A stretch of DNA of 63,639 bases. Origin: Octopus bimaculoides. Taxonomy: Eukaryota. Under the pieces are notes generated by a model. The model worked only from the letters and a program-made list of their open reading frames with translations, was not told where the DNA came from and did not search any database. How positions within the stretch are numbered: position 1 is the stretch's first letter; each line of letters opens with the position of its first letter. This document shows positions 1 through 12,200 of the stretch, one piece after another. The stretch is from positions 6,271,673-6,335,311 of the forward strand of contig NC_068991.1 of assembly GCF_001194135.2 (NCBI RefSeq). Direction: 5' to 3'. The position numbers were made by a program, and so were the translations under genes.

Positions 1-157
1 CTAGTTATTACCCTTTCAAAAGATTTCCTCACAATATCCTGAATTTAACTTAAGAATCTCTGAGAGAGAGAAAATATAGCTACCTCATTGTAAATAACGG
101 CAAGGCATTTTGTCCAATGTTCAATTAATTCTGTTAAATTATAAACCAAATACTTAC

Positions 158-394
158 TCCAGCATTATTGGCCAGGGAACTTGGTTTTGTACGAGGTCCT
201 CTTGGAACCTTTGTTGGTCTGTTAGCTCCTTCATCATCTGAAGTTTCCAATGTTCTCTTCTGAGAGAAGAAAGGGACATAGCTATCACCTCTGCCCTCAT
301 CATTGCTGTCACTGAGGGCACTGCTATCATGACCTGCACCAAGATTAAACTGATCTGCATCGCTTTCAGAATCTGGAAGGTAAAAGGAAGTCAT
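158..394 (-). CDS. First coding exon (79 codons) of an unidentified gene continuing beyond window start; acidic/Ser-rich N-terminus
   Basis: ATG at 394 with in-frame TAA just upstream; MTSFYLPDSESD...KRTLETSDDEG...NNAG ends at GGA|GTAAGT donor (phase 0); candidate acceptor aaacag| at 427/426. No domain recognisable. Confidence 0.75.
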
Positions 395-889
395 TTATTC
401 CGTGAATCATATTGTAGATATGAAGCCTGTTTACTTATTTTTGTAGAGTTCAATGAATAAATAATTAAGAATGAATGTTGTGACTTAACTAGGTTCTACA
501 TGAAAAATGAAATTAGGCTACGGGATTGATTTTATCAACAATTTTGCAATACATTATAACACTGAATTCTTATTTGCTTTAAGTGTAGATGACTGAAATG
601 ACAGGTACCAAGTTAAATGATCAGTTGCCTCCGTCCACTAGTTGTAAACAGGTACTGTGTAAAGAGAAGCAGCATTATAAAAATGTTATTATATAACCCA
701 AGGTCAGTGCTGGCTGAGCAGATACAGAACAGTAGTTTGTTAGATTGCAATGTTCAATTCATTCCCTGTCTGTCTATAAAAGTCTATTTAATATCTAGCC
801 TCAAACCTGACTCCCACTTGTCTTAATCAACCATGAGACTGGATCCAATCACAGATTCTGGTTACAGGCTGTTGGTGTACCATGAGGAA

Positions 890-1143
890 AGGATCAAAGG
901 TCCTTCTCTAGCCATAGGATCATAAGGCCAGTTTCCTGGATTCTGTGGTGTATATATTCCCCACTTGGATGGGACACCAATCGGTCACAGAATTACTCCT
1001 TTTTGCCACCTGAGTGGACTGGACCAATCTGAAATAAAGTGTTTTGCGCAAGAACACAACACATCGCCCAGTCCAGGGATCGTAACCACTATCTTATGAT
1101 CACAAGTGCAACAGCCTAACCGCTAAGACACGTGCATCCACAG
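890..1143 (-). mobile_element. tRNA-head SINE family D (V-domain-like)
   Basis: Reverse complement of copies at 5740-6160 (caccacagaatccaggaaactggc, gttgtgttcttg core). Confidence 0.75.
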
Positions 1144-1949
1144 GTGTGTCGTGAATGATATACAATAGTCTATTCTTCGTTAAAACTCATCGTTATGCAC
1201 AAGCATCCACTACTGAAGGGACGTTTTCCATAACCATCAGTGATTCCCATCAATATGTGAGACAGACATTAGTCAGCTTGGTTCGGAGAGAAACTTAATA
1301 TCAAATAACAAGTTTATCATAATTCCATTCATACTGAAGATGTTTTACAAAATGTTTTACGAGATCGAATCCAAAGGTTGATTGGAACTTTTCATATTTT
1401 ATCAGCCCAAGAAAAGAAAAAATGGTAAATTTAACCGCAACAAAACTTGAACTGAAAATATAAAGGATCATAAATTAAACACTGCACCAATCAGCTAACA
1501 ACGCTAAAAATTGTAACAGTCTCGCAGTTAAACCTTTTGTTACTATATATCTGTCAAAATACACTACTTTGTTGCTATTAGTTTAGAATATAGGAAATAA
1601 TTTAGTGAAATAAGTTTGCCGTTATGAAACAGATATCTAGAATATATATCAACATGGTATTTTGATGGACAGTTTTAACTTAGATCATTGTATGCATGTA
1701 TAAATACATGAACCCCGACAAAATTCCTAAGTTAAAATTTACAGCAACAAAGCATTTTTCGATCCAAATTAAAAAGAGAATAATGTAAATGCGTATTTTA
1801 AAATGAAACCATTACAGAAAGAACACTTTCACTTTCTATAGCTCTATAAAAGGTATCATTAAATCATTAGTAAATTATTCGTTTTTTTTAAATAATTTTT
1901 CTTTTTGAAAATTTTAATTATCATGTTTCTTTTTTTTAATTTCAGATTT

Positions 1950-2028
1950 CTCTGCCCTACTTTATTGTTTGCTTTTGTTCCGATAACGATAAGGTTTTCT
2001 TTTTTATATATATGGGGTGAGGGTTGTT

Positions 2029-2066
<38 letters not shown>

Positions 2067-3800
2067 TATTCAAATGTACGATTAAGAATCGGCATGTAAT
2101 AGCTTATCAATTTAGATTTAAATTAACTAATCCACGTAAACAAACAACCAAAATCAAGATATTAAAAGATAAGCAGGTGCTACTGTAACCCCGTTGTTTC
2201 TGGATAGTTTGTTTCCTTGCTTGTGCTTCCTAAATGCTTTTCATGCTTGTCACTTTCAGTTGTGTTGTTACAACCCAATCTCTCAAATAAATAAAAGCTT
2301 GCAAAGCAAAATCTCTTCGAGATCGTGTTTTGTGTGTATATATTGTCCCTCTCGATGAAACTTCTTTTCCGAAAGGCATGACTCGATAACATAACATTGA
2401 GGACAACGTTTAAAATATACGTCGATTCTTACAGATCACCTAATATTACCTCCTAAATATTCTTTACTTTCCCGTTTAAATCATGCATCGTTGTATCGTT
2501 ATTCACCACGTATGTATCATACGAAGTGTATTTGTTTTTATTACAGTTATCATTACATTAACAAAAAAATAACCAATTCAGGAAATAACAAGAAGTGACA
2601 AGCAACGAAAGATATTAGAGAACCACGGGCGATAAGTCGTGACACGAAATATCCAAGAACCGTGAGTGGTAGGAATAGCCAATAATCAGAACTTATACAC
2701 ACCCGAAAGCCTTTCAACTTTTTCAAAAGACATTTTCAAATGCGTGAAAGTGTTTTTAAGAGATCCGTCTCCAAAACATCGTCGCTTCCATCTGAAAGAG
2801 ACAAAATGGTCTCTCTCAGTTGTCTCCCTTCGACACTTCCTCTTGATCCTCTCGCAACAAGCACCTACTCCTCGAGCAATTTTAGAAAATACCCATGTCT
2901 ATATTTAGCTCTCGATTCTATAAAAACAAGACGGGTTGTTATTTTATTTTTTAAATTTTTACTTCACTCCTCTGATAGACAGCATTTGTATATTCTGACC
3001 AATTAGGTATTGACGTATTTCTACGAATTGAGTTGATTTCGCATAGTTTTTGTATCGAGTCATTTTCCTCTGTGTTTTTAATACAGCGTAAAATAAACTT
3101 AATTTCCGCCACTTCTTGGAACAAACACTTGATTTCAAATTCCATTTTCAATTGTTTGTTTGAAACATACAAGCATTTTGGGGGTCAAGTACGAAACGTA
3201 AAAATTTATCAAAAGTTAAGTTTTCAATCTCTTAGAAACCAAATATACTCGGTCATAAATATACTTCTATGCTTGTCAGTGGTTTAAATCGTTATTATTG
3301 TTCGTGCTGTCGCATCTCCAAATGCGCTTTCGTCTTAAGATCCGTTTGTGCTATGCCCCTAGTAAATAAAAACTGGTTCTATGATTTTTTTTAAAATAGA
3401 TAACTTTCTGTGCAAGTATGTGAAAAATGTTACAAGTGAAACGAAACAGTTTCAACCAGCTGTCAAAAATTGCACGGTGTTCAAATTATATATACATCTC
3501 AAGAAATAGAAACGGGCGGCAAATTCCAGTATTTCACATTGCAGTTGTCCTTCTAACTCTTTGCTAAAAGAAGTATTCAAAGAGTACGCGCCACTTGTCA
3601 TTACAGATGATACTATAAACGGAGTTCTTGCAGAGAAAGCTTTCACATTTGCTGCTTTGTTCCCAACTCCGTTGCACACGCTCTTCGATTCCTTTCCAAA
3701 ACACTCCTTACCCGTCTACACTGTTAATCTTGTCAGATACACACGGACGTGCGAAAATTATACCAGTTGCTCCAACTGATCCCTAAATATATTCCTTCCA
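1950..3800. promoter_or_regulatory. CpG-retaining region upstream of the 158-394 gene, probable promoter/5' UTR
   Basis: CpG-rich by eye; minus-strand donor-like GTAAGA near 2430 and plus-strand GTGAGT at 2662. Confidence 0.4.
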
Positions 3801-3916
3801 TTACACAAACTGTACCATGGACTTCTTTTCTCACCAAACTTGCCGATCATTTTCTCTCTCTCTCTACTGGAATCTTTTCCAATCCTTAGAAACATATTAT
3901 AGTGTTTCTCAATCTA

Positions 3917-4320
3917 CGAGGGTGAGTCAAAAAGTAATGTCATTTTGTTTAGGCCAGGTATAATTACCAACACAAGAACATGTATCATACATCAAAATGA
4001 AGCTGGTCCTCTGTGGATCACATCCCTACTTCTCAACATAGTCACCGTTTCTCTCAATAGCAATGTTCCACCTTCGAATGAGAGAATGTATCCCTGCCCC
4101 ATAAAATTCTGTTGACTGTTCTTTGAGCTACTTCTTCACTACAGTTTTCACTTCCTCGTCACTGGAATAATGTTTGCTCTCAAACCCTCTTTCGTGGGTC
4201 CGAAGAGATGATAGTCCAGCGACGAGGAAGTGAAAACTGTAGTGAAGAAGTGGCTCAAAGAACAATCAACAGAATTTTACGGGGCAGGGATACATGCTCT
4301 CATTCGAAGGTGGAACATTG
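3917..4320. mobile_element. Mariner-derived fold-back MITE; right arm runs into gap
   Basis: TA + cgagggtgagtcaaaaagtaa TIR; 4061-4166 is the reverse complement of 4215-4320, encoding EVKTVVKKWLKEQSTEFYGAGIHALIRRW (mariner transposase C-terminus). Confidence 0.85.
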
Positions 4321-4871
4321 NNNNNNNNNNNNNNNNNNNNNNNNNNNNNNNNNNNNNNNNNNNNNNNNNNNNNNNNNNNNNNNNNNNNNNNNNNNNNNNN
4401 NNNNNNNNNNNNNNNNNNNNNNNNNNNNNNNNNNNNNNNNNNNNNNNNNNNNNNNNNNNNNNNNNNNNNNNNNNNNNNNNNNNNNNNNNNNNNNNNNNNN
4501 NNNNNNNNNNNNNNNNNNNNNNNNNNNNNNNNNNNNNNNNNNNNNNNNNNNNNNNNNNNNNNNNNNNNNNNNNNNNNNNNNNNNNNNNNNNNNNNNNNNN
4601 NNNNNNNNNNNNNNNNNNNNNNNNNNNNNNNNNNNNNNNNNNNNNNNNNNNNNNNNNNNNNNNNNNNNNNNNNNNNNNNNNNNNNNNNNNNNNNNNNNNN
4701 NNNNNNNNNNNNNNNNNNNNNNNNNNNNNNNNNNNNNNNNNNNNNNNNNNNNNNNNNNNNNNNNNNNNNNNNNNNNNNNNNNNNNNNNNNNNNNNNNNNN
4801 NNNNNNNNNNNNNNNNNNNNNNNNNNNNNNNNNNNNNNNNNNNNNNNNNNNNNNNNNNNNNNNNNNNNNNN
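4321..4871. other. Assembly gap (N)
   Basis: N run. Confidence 1.
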
Positions 4872-5734
4872 ATATAATCATATATATAAGATGGCAAAAT
4901 CATCAGATCGCCAAACAAAGCTCTCAGTGGCATTTCATCTGTTTTTACATTCTGAGTTCAAAGTTGCCAAGTTGACCTTACCTTTCATCCTTTTGGAGTC
5001 ACTAAAATACAATACCAATAAGTTGGTACTTCATTGATGTAATCGAATAGCTTCCTCCCCCAAAATTTCAGGCCTTGTACCTACTGGAGAAAGAAGGCAT
5101 TATGAAAAACCATCCTGCCATAGACAAATGGAGCCTGGTGCAGCTCTCCAGCTTTTGTCAATGTGTCCAACCCATACTAACATGGAAGGTGGGTATTAAA
5201 CGACAACAACTATATAATATAAAATCTCATTAGTAACATCGGTGAGTTGGTTGAGTTGCTGGAGCATAGGTTAGAATGCTTCATGGCATTTGTTGCAGCT
5301 CTCTGTGCTCTGTGGTTTCAAATCCAATCAAGATCATTTTTGTCTTTCATCTTTTTTTGAAGCTGATAAAAAAAACCCTACTAATCCAAGATGGTGAGGT
5401 GACAGAACTGTTAAAGAGTATCAAACAAGATTCCTTGCTGTATCTGTTTCTGATCTTTTGTGTTCTGAAAGCAACACCAGCAATGGTACTGGTGCCAAGC
5501 TGGACAGGTTCTAAAGTGGTGATTTTTTTCCCCCATAGACAACATTAGTTGTATGGCAAGAGGGGGCCTGATTATATGGGTTAGTGCAAGACTTCCAAAC
5601 CTTGCCCCAAGCCTGCACCTATAGATGCAGACTAATGGTGATGCCCGACACACAATCAGAGAACCTTGGAACAGACTGACTAATTATAACTTCAGTAAAG
5701 ATATATTTCCTAATGTATCTTGCATGTTGTGAAG

Positions 5735-6160
5735 TTATGTGACCTGGTGTTAAGAGTGTTGTAGTCATGATTGCAAGGTTGTGGTTTCAGTTCCTGGATT
5801 GGGCGATGTGTTGTGTCCTTGAGTAAAACATTTCATTTCACTCAGCAAGTGTGAGTAATTCGGTGATGGATTGGTGTCCCATCCAGGTGGGGAATATATA
5901 CACCACAGAATCCAGGAAACTGGCTTTATGATCCTATGGCTTGAGAAAGACCTTATGATCATAAGATTGTAGTTTCAATCCCTGGACTGGGCAATGTGTT
6001 GTGTTTCTTGCGCAAAATACTTCATTTCTTGTTGGTTCAGTCCACTCAGGTGGCAAAATGGAGTAATTCTGTGACGGATTGGTGTCCTATCCAGGTGAGG
6101 AATATGTAAACCACAGAATCCAAGAAACCAGCCTTATTCTATGACTTGAGAAGAATCCTT
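5735..6160 (+). mobile_element. Two tandem SINE family D copies
   Basis: Unit repeated at ~5740-5952 and ~5953-6160. Confidence 0.78.
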
Positions 6161-7640
6161 GATTATGAATCTCTGTTTTTGCATTTTTATTCAAGCTTCT
6201 ATATTTTGAAATCAAGCATAGAATGCAATAAACCAAATCTATTTTTATAATTCTCCCTTCGATAATACAAAAGATTTATTCTTTCAACATCTCAAGCATT
6301 TTTTTTAAAACGACTTCAAATTTATTTTGCCATGTGTAACTTCAGGGAAAACTATTTATTACATTTTTGTAATATTTTGACCATTAGATAATACTTCTTC
6401 CATAGAACGAATATCAAAATAATTTGCATATTTTGCAATAGGAATGCAAATGTGCAACAGCTGCACCAAGTCATTGTCCAAACAAATGTTAACAGAAATT
6501 ACAAATATGGATTCCTATTTTCTTTTTATGTGACTTCATGCACTCAAGTTTTAAAATGTTCACATGACTATTCGCTAAATACGTTGAGGTTCACATGTAG
6601 CTTTTTGTGACGTTCAGTCATGCAATTCCATGTAGAAATAGTTGAATGTTGGGTCAAATACTTTAGTGAACTCTCTGCCTTTCAAATTCAAATCCTGTCA
6701 GTGTTGATGTTTTTTTTTTCATTTATTGTGGAGAAAACAATAAAATACGTACTAGAAACTAACTGCCATCACAAAGTCCAGTCCTTGTTGTGGTGGCTAA
6801 TGTATCTGAATGACTCTGAGAGCTATGTCAGAAGAGTGCAAGCACCTTGTATGGCCTGCTATGCTGGATAAGCCAAAGGATAGAGGCCAGGCAAATATGT
6901 ACCACTGCTTTCAAAATGTGCCCAAGACTTCTGGAACACCCTGTATATATATACACACACACACACACATACATATATATATATATGGTTGTTATATTTT
7001 TTTGATAACATAAAAGGTTAGATAGGATGATGTCTATATTACAATATCACAATAACATGTTGTGTATGTATAGTAATAATACGATCATGAAATTAGCATT
7101 AGCTTATCTCACGGAACCCCTAGGAACCTTTTGCAGAACCCCAGCTGAGAAATGCTGGTCTAGGTAGATGGTGTTGTCAGCTGATCTAGGTGTACACACA
7201 CCATTTGTTAACAAGGGAGATATATATTCTCCGTGACATAACGCAGTGAATAGCTTAATCTCCACTTCGAATGTGCATCAAGCGTATTCAGACGGGTAAT
7301 AACACTGAAGTTACATATTACATCCTTCAACTCTGAGTTTCCCTTCCCAAAATGTCAGCCACCTAGAATTCTCTTCCCCACCTACATTTTTTCTCTTAAG
7401 TCCTAGAGGGCCTACTTAAGATTATGACCCCAGTTTTCCCTCTGTAACCAAAAGGAAGAAATAAAAATTAAAAAAACCCAGCAACAATCCTGTAAAATCA
7501 CTGAATGTTTTGTTGGCTTACAATGATGTGGTCAACCCTCATGAGTGTATTAAAAAGGGGATTGGATTTCAGCTTCATTATTGTCATCAGCATCAGTTAG
7601 CATCCATATTCTATGCTAGCATGTGTTGGATGGTTTCCCC

Positions 7641-7870
7641 CAGTGGTTCTCAACCAGGGCCCATATGAGCCTTGGGGGGGGGGGGGTCCACACAATACCT
7701 CTACAATACATGAAATATTTCAACAATTTTTAAAAACCCAATTTCTAATAATATTTAAATATAAAATTATATAATAGGATTTTTTAAATAACGAATGGCT
7801 ATGAGGGTCCAGCAGAGCAAAATAAGAATCACCGGGGTTCCACAGGTGAAAAAAATGGTTGGGGATCTGA
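7641..7870. mobile_element. hAT-type MITE
   Basis: cagtggttctcaaccaggg start, degenerate right TIR; sister copy starts at 10380 and runs into gap. Confidence 0.65.
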
Positions 7871-8007
7871 CAGAGGACTGTGCTGAGCTCCACTGCCTGT
7901 TTTTGACGTGGTTTCTATGGCGATGCCCTTCCTAATGTCAAGCCTCTACAATTCAAAAGGAACGCTCACAAAAATGATGGAACTGATTCTATTATCAATC
8001 ATAATTA

Positions 8008-8225
8008 TTAAGGTGGTGAGCTGGCAGAATCATTGGCACGCTGGACAAAATGCTTAGTGGTATTTTGCCCATCACCACATTCCGAGTTCGATTTCCGCTG
8101 AGGTCGACTTTGCCTTACATCCTTTCAGGGGTCGATAAATTGAGTACCAGTGAAACACTGGGGTCAATGTAATCGACTTAATCCCCTCCCCACAAGCTGC
8201 CCTTGTGGAAAAAAATTTGAAAATA
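8008..8225 (+). mobile_element. SINE family A copy
   Basis: aggtggtgagctggcagaatc...gaggtcgactttgcc. Confidence 0.8.
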
Positions 8226-8324
8226 TTATGAATCATAGAAGGTCAATGATAGAAAGTTTAATGATAATATCTCTGTTTTAAAAATAAAGAAGTACGACAT
8301 TCCATAACTCTTAGAAAAGTACAT

Positions 8325-8721
8325 CTTTTATTGTTTGTTTCACTCATTCAATTCTGGCCATGTTGGAGCACCACCTTGAAAGGGCTTTTGTTGAACAGAT
8401 CAAAGCCAACATTAATTTAATATTCTACTTATTCTATTGGTGTCTTTTGGTGCACTGCTAAGTTATGAAGATGTAAACAAACCAACAGCAGTTGTAAATC
8501 AATTACAGCGGGGTGGGGGGACAAACACAAGGACAAAGACACACACATACATATAACAGGCTTCCACACAGTTTCCAGCTACCAAATTCACTCATAAGGC
8601 ATTGGTTGGCTGAAGGCTATAGTAGAAGACACTTGCCCAAGGAGCCATGATATGGGACTGAAACTAAGACCACTCGATTGCAAAGTGACCCCCTCCCAAC
8701 CATGCAGCTATGTCTGCACCT
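8325..8721 (-). mobile_element. SINE family B copy
   Basis: Reverse complement of 49693 copy (gaagacacttgcccaagg). Confidence 0.8.
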
Positions 8722-9048
8722 ACTGGTTTAAGTTAAAGCATTAAAACTTGATTTTAGGGTGAATCTGTTTTAAATTGATTTGTTTGGTTTTTCTTCTTCA
8801 AAAGAGATTATAAAATAGATATTTTCATTTATCACGAACTAAGAATAAGAGAATCTTTATTTAATATAAAGAGTTATTTTAAAAACAATTTTCAGTTTTA
8901 GGACATAAAATAGATTTTTAGAAATTATATTTTAATAAAAAATGAAAAAAAAAATAATAAAAAAAAAAAAAATAAAAAAAAAAAAAATAATGTGGTATGT
9001 TTTATTAATTTTTAGTGATAATGAATTTTTCCAGTACAAGTGTCAGAA

Positions 9049-9121
9049 TTAATTTAATGAATAGTCATGAGGAAAAGTAGCAATCCATGGAGGTACGACG
9101 ATGATCTGTGAGTAATGACAT
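9049..9121 (-). CDS. PHF10: Candidate PHF10 terminal exon ([24 protein letters not shown])
   Basis: Strong acceptor ttattttcttcttttccag|, open in phase 2, AATAAA ~45 nt after stop; no homology support. Confidence 0.45.
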
Positions 9122-9158
9122 CTGGAAAAGAAGAAAATAAGCAATATTTTAAGACATT

Positions 9159-9237
<79 letters not shown>

Positions 9238-12200
9238 TAGGAAATGAATAATAGAAATGCAAGTTAACATCATTGATGTCATTGTTATTGTTTAATGTCT
9301 GTTTTCCAAAGCTAGCATGGGTTGGATGGTTTGACAGAAGTCAATGTGCCAAATTCCAATGTCTGCTTTGGCATGATTTCTATAGCTGGATGCCTTTAAT
9401 AATGCCAAACACATGACAGTATATACAGGGTGCTTCTTACTTGGCATCAGAACTACTGAGGTTACTAAGGAATTCGCAAGACAAGATCCCTCGACAGAAG
9501 GTGGGTGTTGTAGTGAGGGAAGTGGCTTTGTGCCAAGTAACGAGGGGTTAAGATAGGAGGGAGAGAAACAGGTGTCTTGCAGTGGAAGAAATACACGACT
9601 ACTCTTTTTGGAAAACGGAAGATGATGATGATGATGATGGATATATGAAAGAGAAAGATTCAGTGCTACACAGATTTAACAAGAAAGGAGTTTGGGAAGT
9701 GTGCGTTTGAAAATTGGGATAAGAATTATCTAAGAAGGACTAAGAATTAGCTATACAGGTGAGACTAACAGAAGGAATCAAAAGAGCTAATCCTATAGCA
9801 GAGACTTTTAAATTCAACTAAAATAAACCAAACTGCATGATAATTAAAAGTGAATGTTTTACATTCTCTGCTGTTTGATAAATCAATTTAGCTACGACAC
9901 GCAACACTGATCAGAACAACACCATCAGGTTGGGTGTTTGAATTCGTCTGCTACTTTTATTGTAGCCAAACTAATTTTGGGGGTATGAAAAACTAAAGAA
10001 GTTGAGAGAGAGAGAGAGGGGGAAGAGAAAGAGAGAGGGAAGAGAAAGAGAGGGGGCAGAGAAAGAGAGAGGGAAGAGAAAGAGAGGGGGAAGAGAAAGA
10101 GAGGGGTAAAACCTGAGCAATTGTTGTATGAAGAGGCTCGTCTCCACTAATACAATACAGGAGTTTGAACAGAAGTCAAAATGATGCTAATGAATTGAGG
10201 TAAATACTCGTTATTAGTTCAAAGCACATACATACCTGATATAATCTTTATTTCCTACAGTTAGCATTGTCAGCAAATTTTCTGTCTGCGGTAAACTTTT
10301 CTGAAAGTTTATAAAATATACACAATTGATAAATAATTAAGGAAGTAAAGAAAATGTACAAAGAGAGGGCGACTTAAACCAGTGGTTCTCAACCAGGGCC
10401 TATATGACCCTTGGGNNNNNNNNNNNNNNNNNNNNNNNNNNNNNNNNNNNNNNNNNNNNNNNNNNNNNNNNNNNNNNNNNNNNNNNNNNNNNNNNNNNNN
10501 NNNNNNNNNNNNNNNNNNNNNNNNNNNNNNNNNNNNNNNNNNNNNNNNNNNNNNNNNNNNNNNNNNNNNNNNNNNNNNNNNNNNNNNNNNNNNNNNNNNN
10601 NNNNNNNNNNNNNNNNNNNNNNNNNNNNNNNNNNNNNNNNNNNNNNNNNNNNNNNNNNNNNNNNNNNNNNNNNNNNNNNNNNNNNNNNNNNNNNNNNNNN
10701 NNNNNNNNNNNNNNNNNNNNNNNNNNNNNNNNNNNNNNNNNNNNNNNNNNNNNNNNNNNNNNNNNNNNNNNNNNNNNNNNNNNNNNNNNNNNNNNNNNNN
10801 NNNNNNNNNNNNNNNNNNNNNNNNNNNNNNNNNNNNNNNNNNNNNNNNNNNNNNNNNGGGGGGGGGGGACATGCACACACACACACACACATATATGATG
10901 GGCTTCTTTCAGTTTCTGTCTACCATATCCACTCACAAGGGCAAGGGCTATAGTAGAAGACACTTGCCCAAGGTTCCACACAGTAGGACTGAACCTGGTA
11001 CTATGTGGTTGGGAAGCAAGCCTCTTACCAAACAGCCATGTCTGCGCCTATATGTGGAGAATTCAAGAAAGTACCCCATATCTCCAGTGCACATGTATGG
11101 AACAAAGTATACACAATTTCCTAGCAGTTAGGGTTTAAAAAAAGGTATAGATAAGGTGTAGTCAAGAAGTATCCGACCTATGGCCAAAAAACGAGTAAAT
11201 ATTAAAACAACTCCCCCCTTCAAATTATTTGCCTTGGGAGTCTACACACTTCTGCCAGCATTCCTGCCACTGCTTGAATCATTTCTGGAAATCCCTTTTT
11301 GGGATGCTGTAGAGCTGTGCCATCGAATTTTGCTTAATGTCCTCTGTTGATTCAAATCTTCTCCCGTTGAGTATTTTTTTGAGCTTTGGGAATAGCCAAG
11401 TCACATTTCGTGAATGCTCAGGAAGGACATAGTCACCTAACACCCATACAGATTTTGCTCACGCATTATTATTTCGTGCAAAAAAAAAAAAAAAAAAAAA
11501 AAAATCAAGGTCAGATATTTTTTGACTACACCTCTTATCACCAAACAAAAATAAGAAACAAGAGAGAGTACCTGATTTTGACTGGTAATGGTGACTGTGC
11601 TACAATTGATGAGAGGTGTGCAGGTGATGCTGCAGTTGATGATGGGGTGTCTCTGGGTGATAATAATACAGGCTCTGTTTCTTTACAACTAGTACATTCC
11701 CACCGACCTGTTGGAATTGCTTTAAGGCCCACACAAAATGTGTGATAGCCTCTGTCACATCTGTCACAGAACATCATTTTATCCTAGAAGAAAATAATAA
11801 AGGAATAATAATAATAATAATGGTTTCAAATTTTGGCACAAGGCCAGCAATTTTAAGAGAAGGGGTAAGTCAATTACATCGACCCCAGTACTCAACTGGT
11901 AATTATTTTATCGATTCTGAAAGGATGAAAGGCAAAGTTTACCTTGGTGATATTTGAACTCAATTGATAATAATAATAATAACAACAACAATAATAATAA
12001 TAAGTGAAATTTGAATTCATCAAAAGAACATCATCCACTCAAATCCTACGAAGTAGATTATAGCATAGTACCCTAGATTAGCACTAAAACCCAAAATAAA
12101 TAAAAGTATTATTAATAGATCTTGTAATTAATATACATAATAACAATAATTTCTCAAGATGAAATAAGAAACAAGGTTTGTACTGAATTCTCATAGAACT

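Noticed and set aside
4208-5037. Long ORFs spanning N runs (also 10309-11131, 24170-24683, 44141-45253)
   Set aside because: Artefacts of X translation through gaps.
9892-10199. Two tiny phase-compatible plus-strand exon candidates ([12 protein letters not shown]; [13 protein letters not shown])
   Set aside because: Weak acceptors, no start or partner exons; expected by chance.
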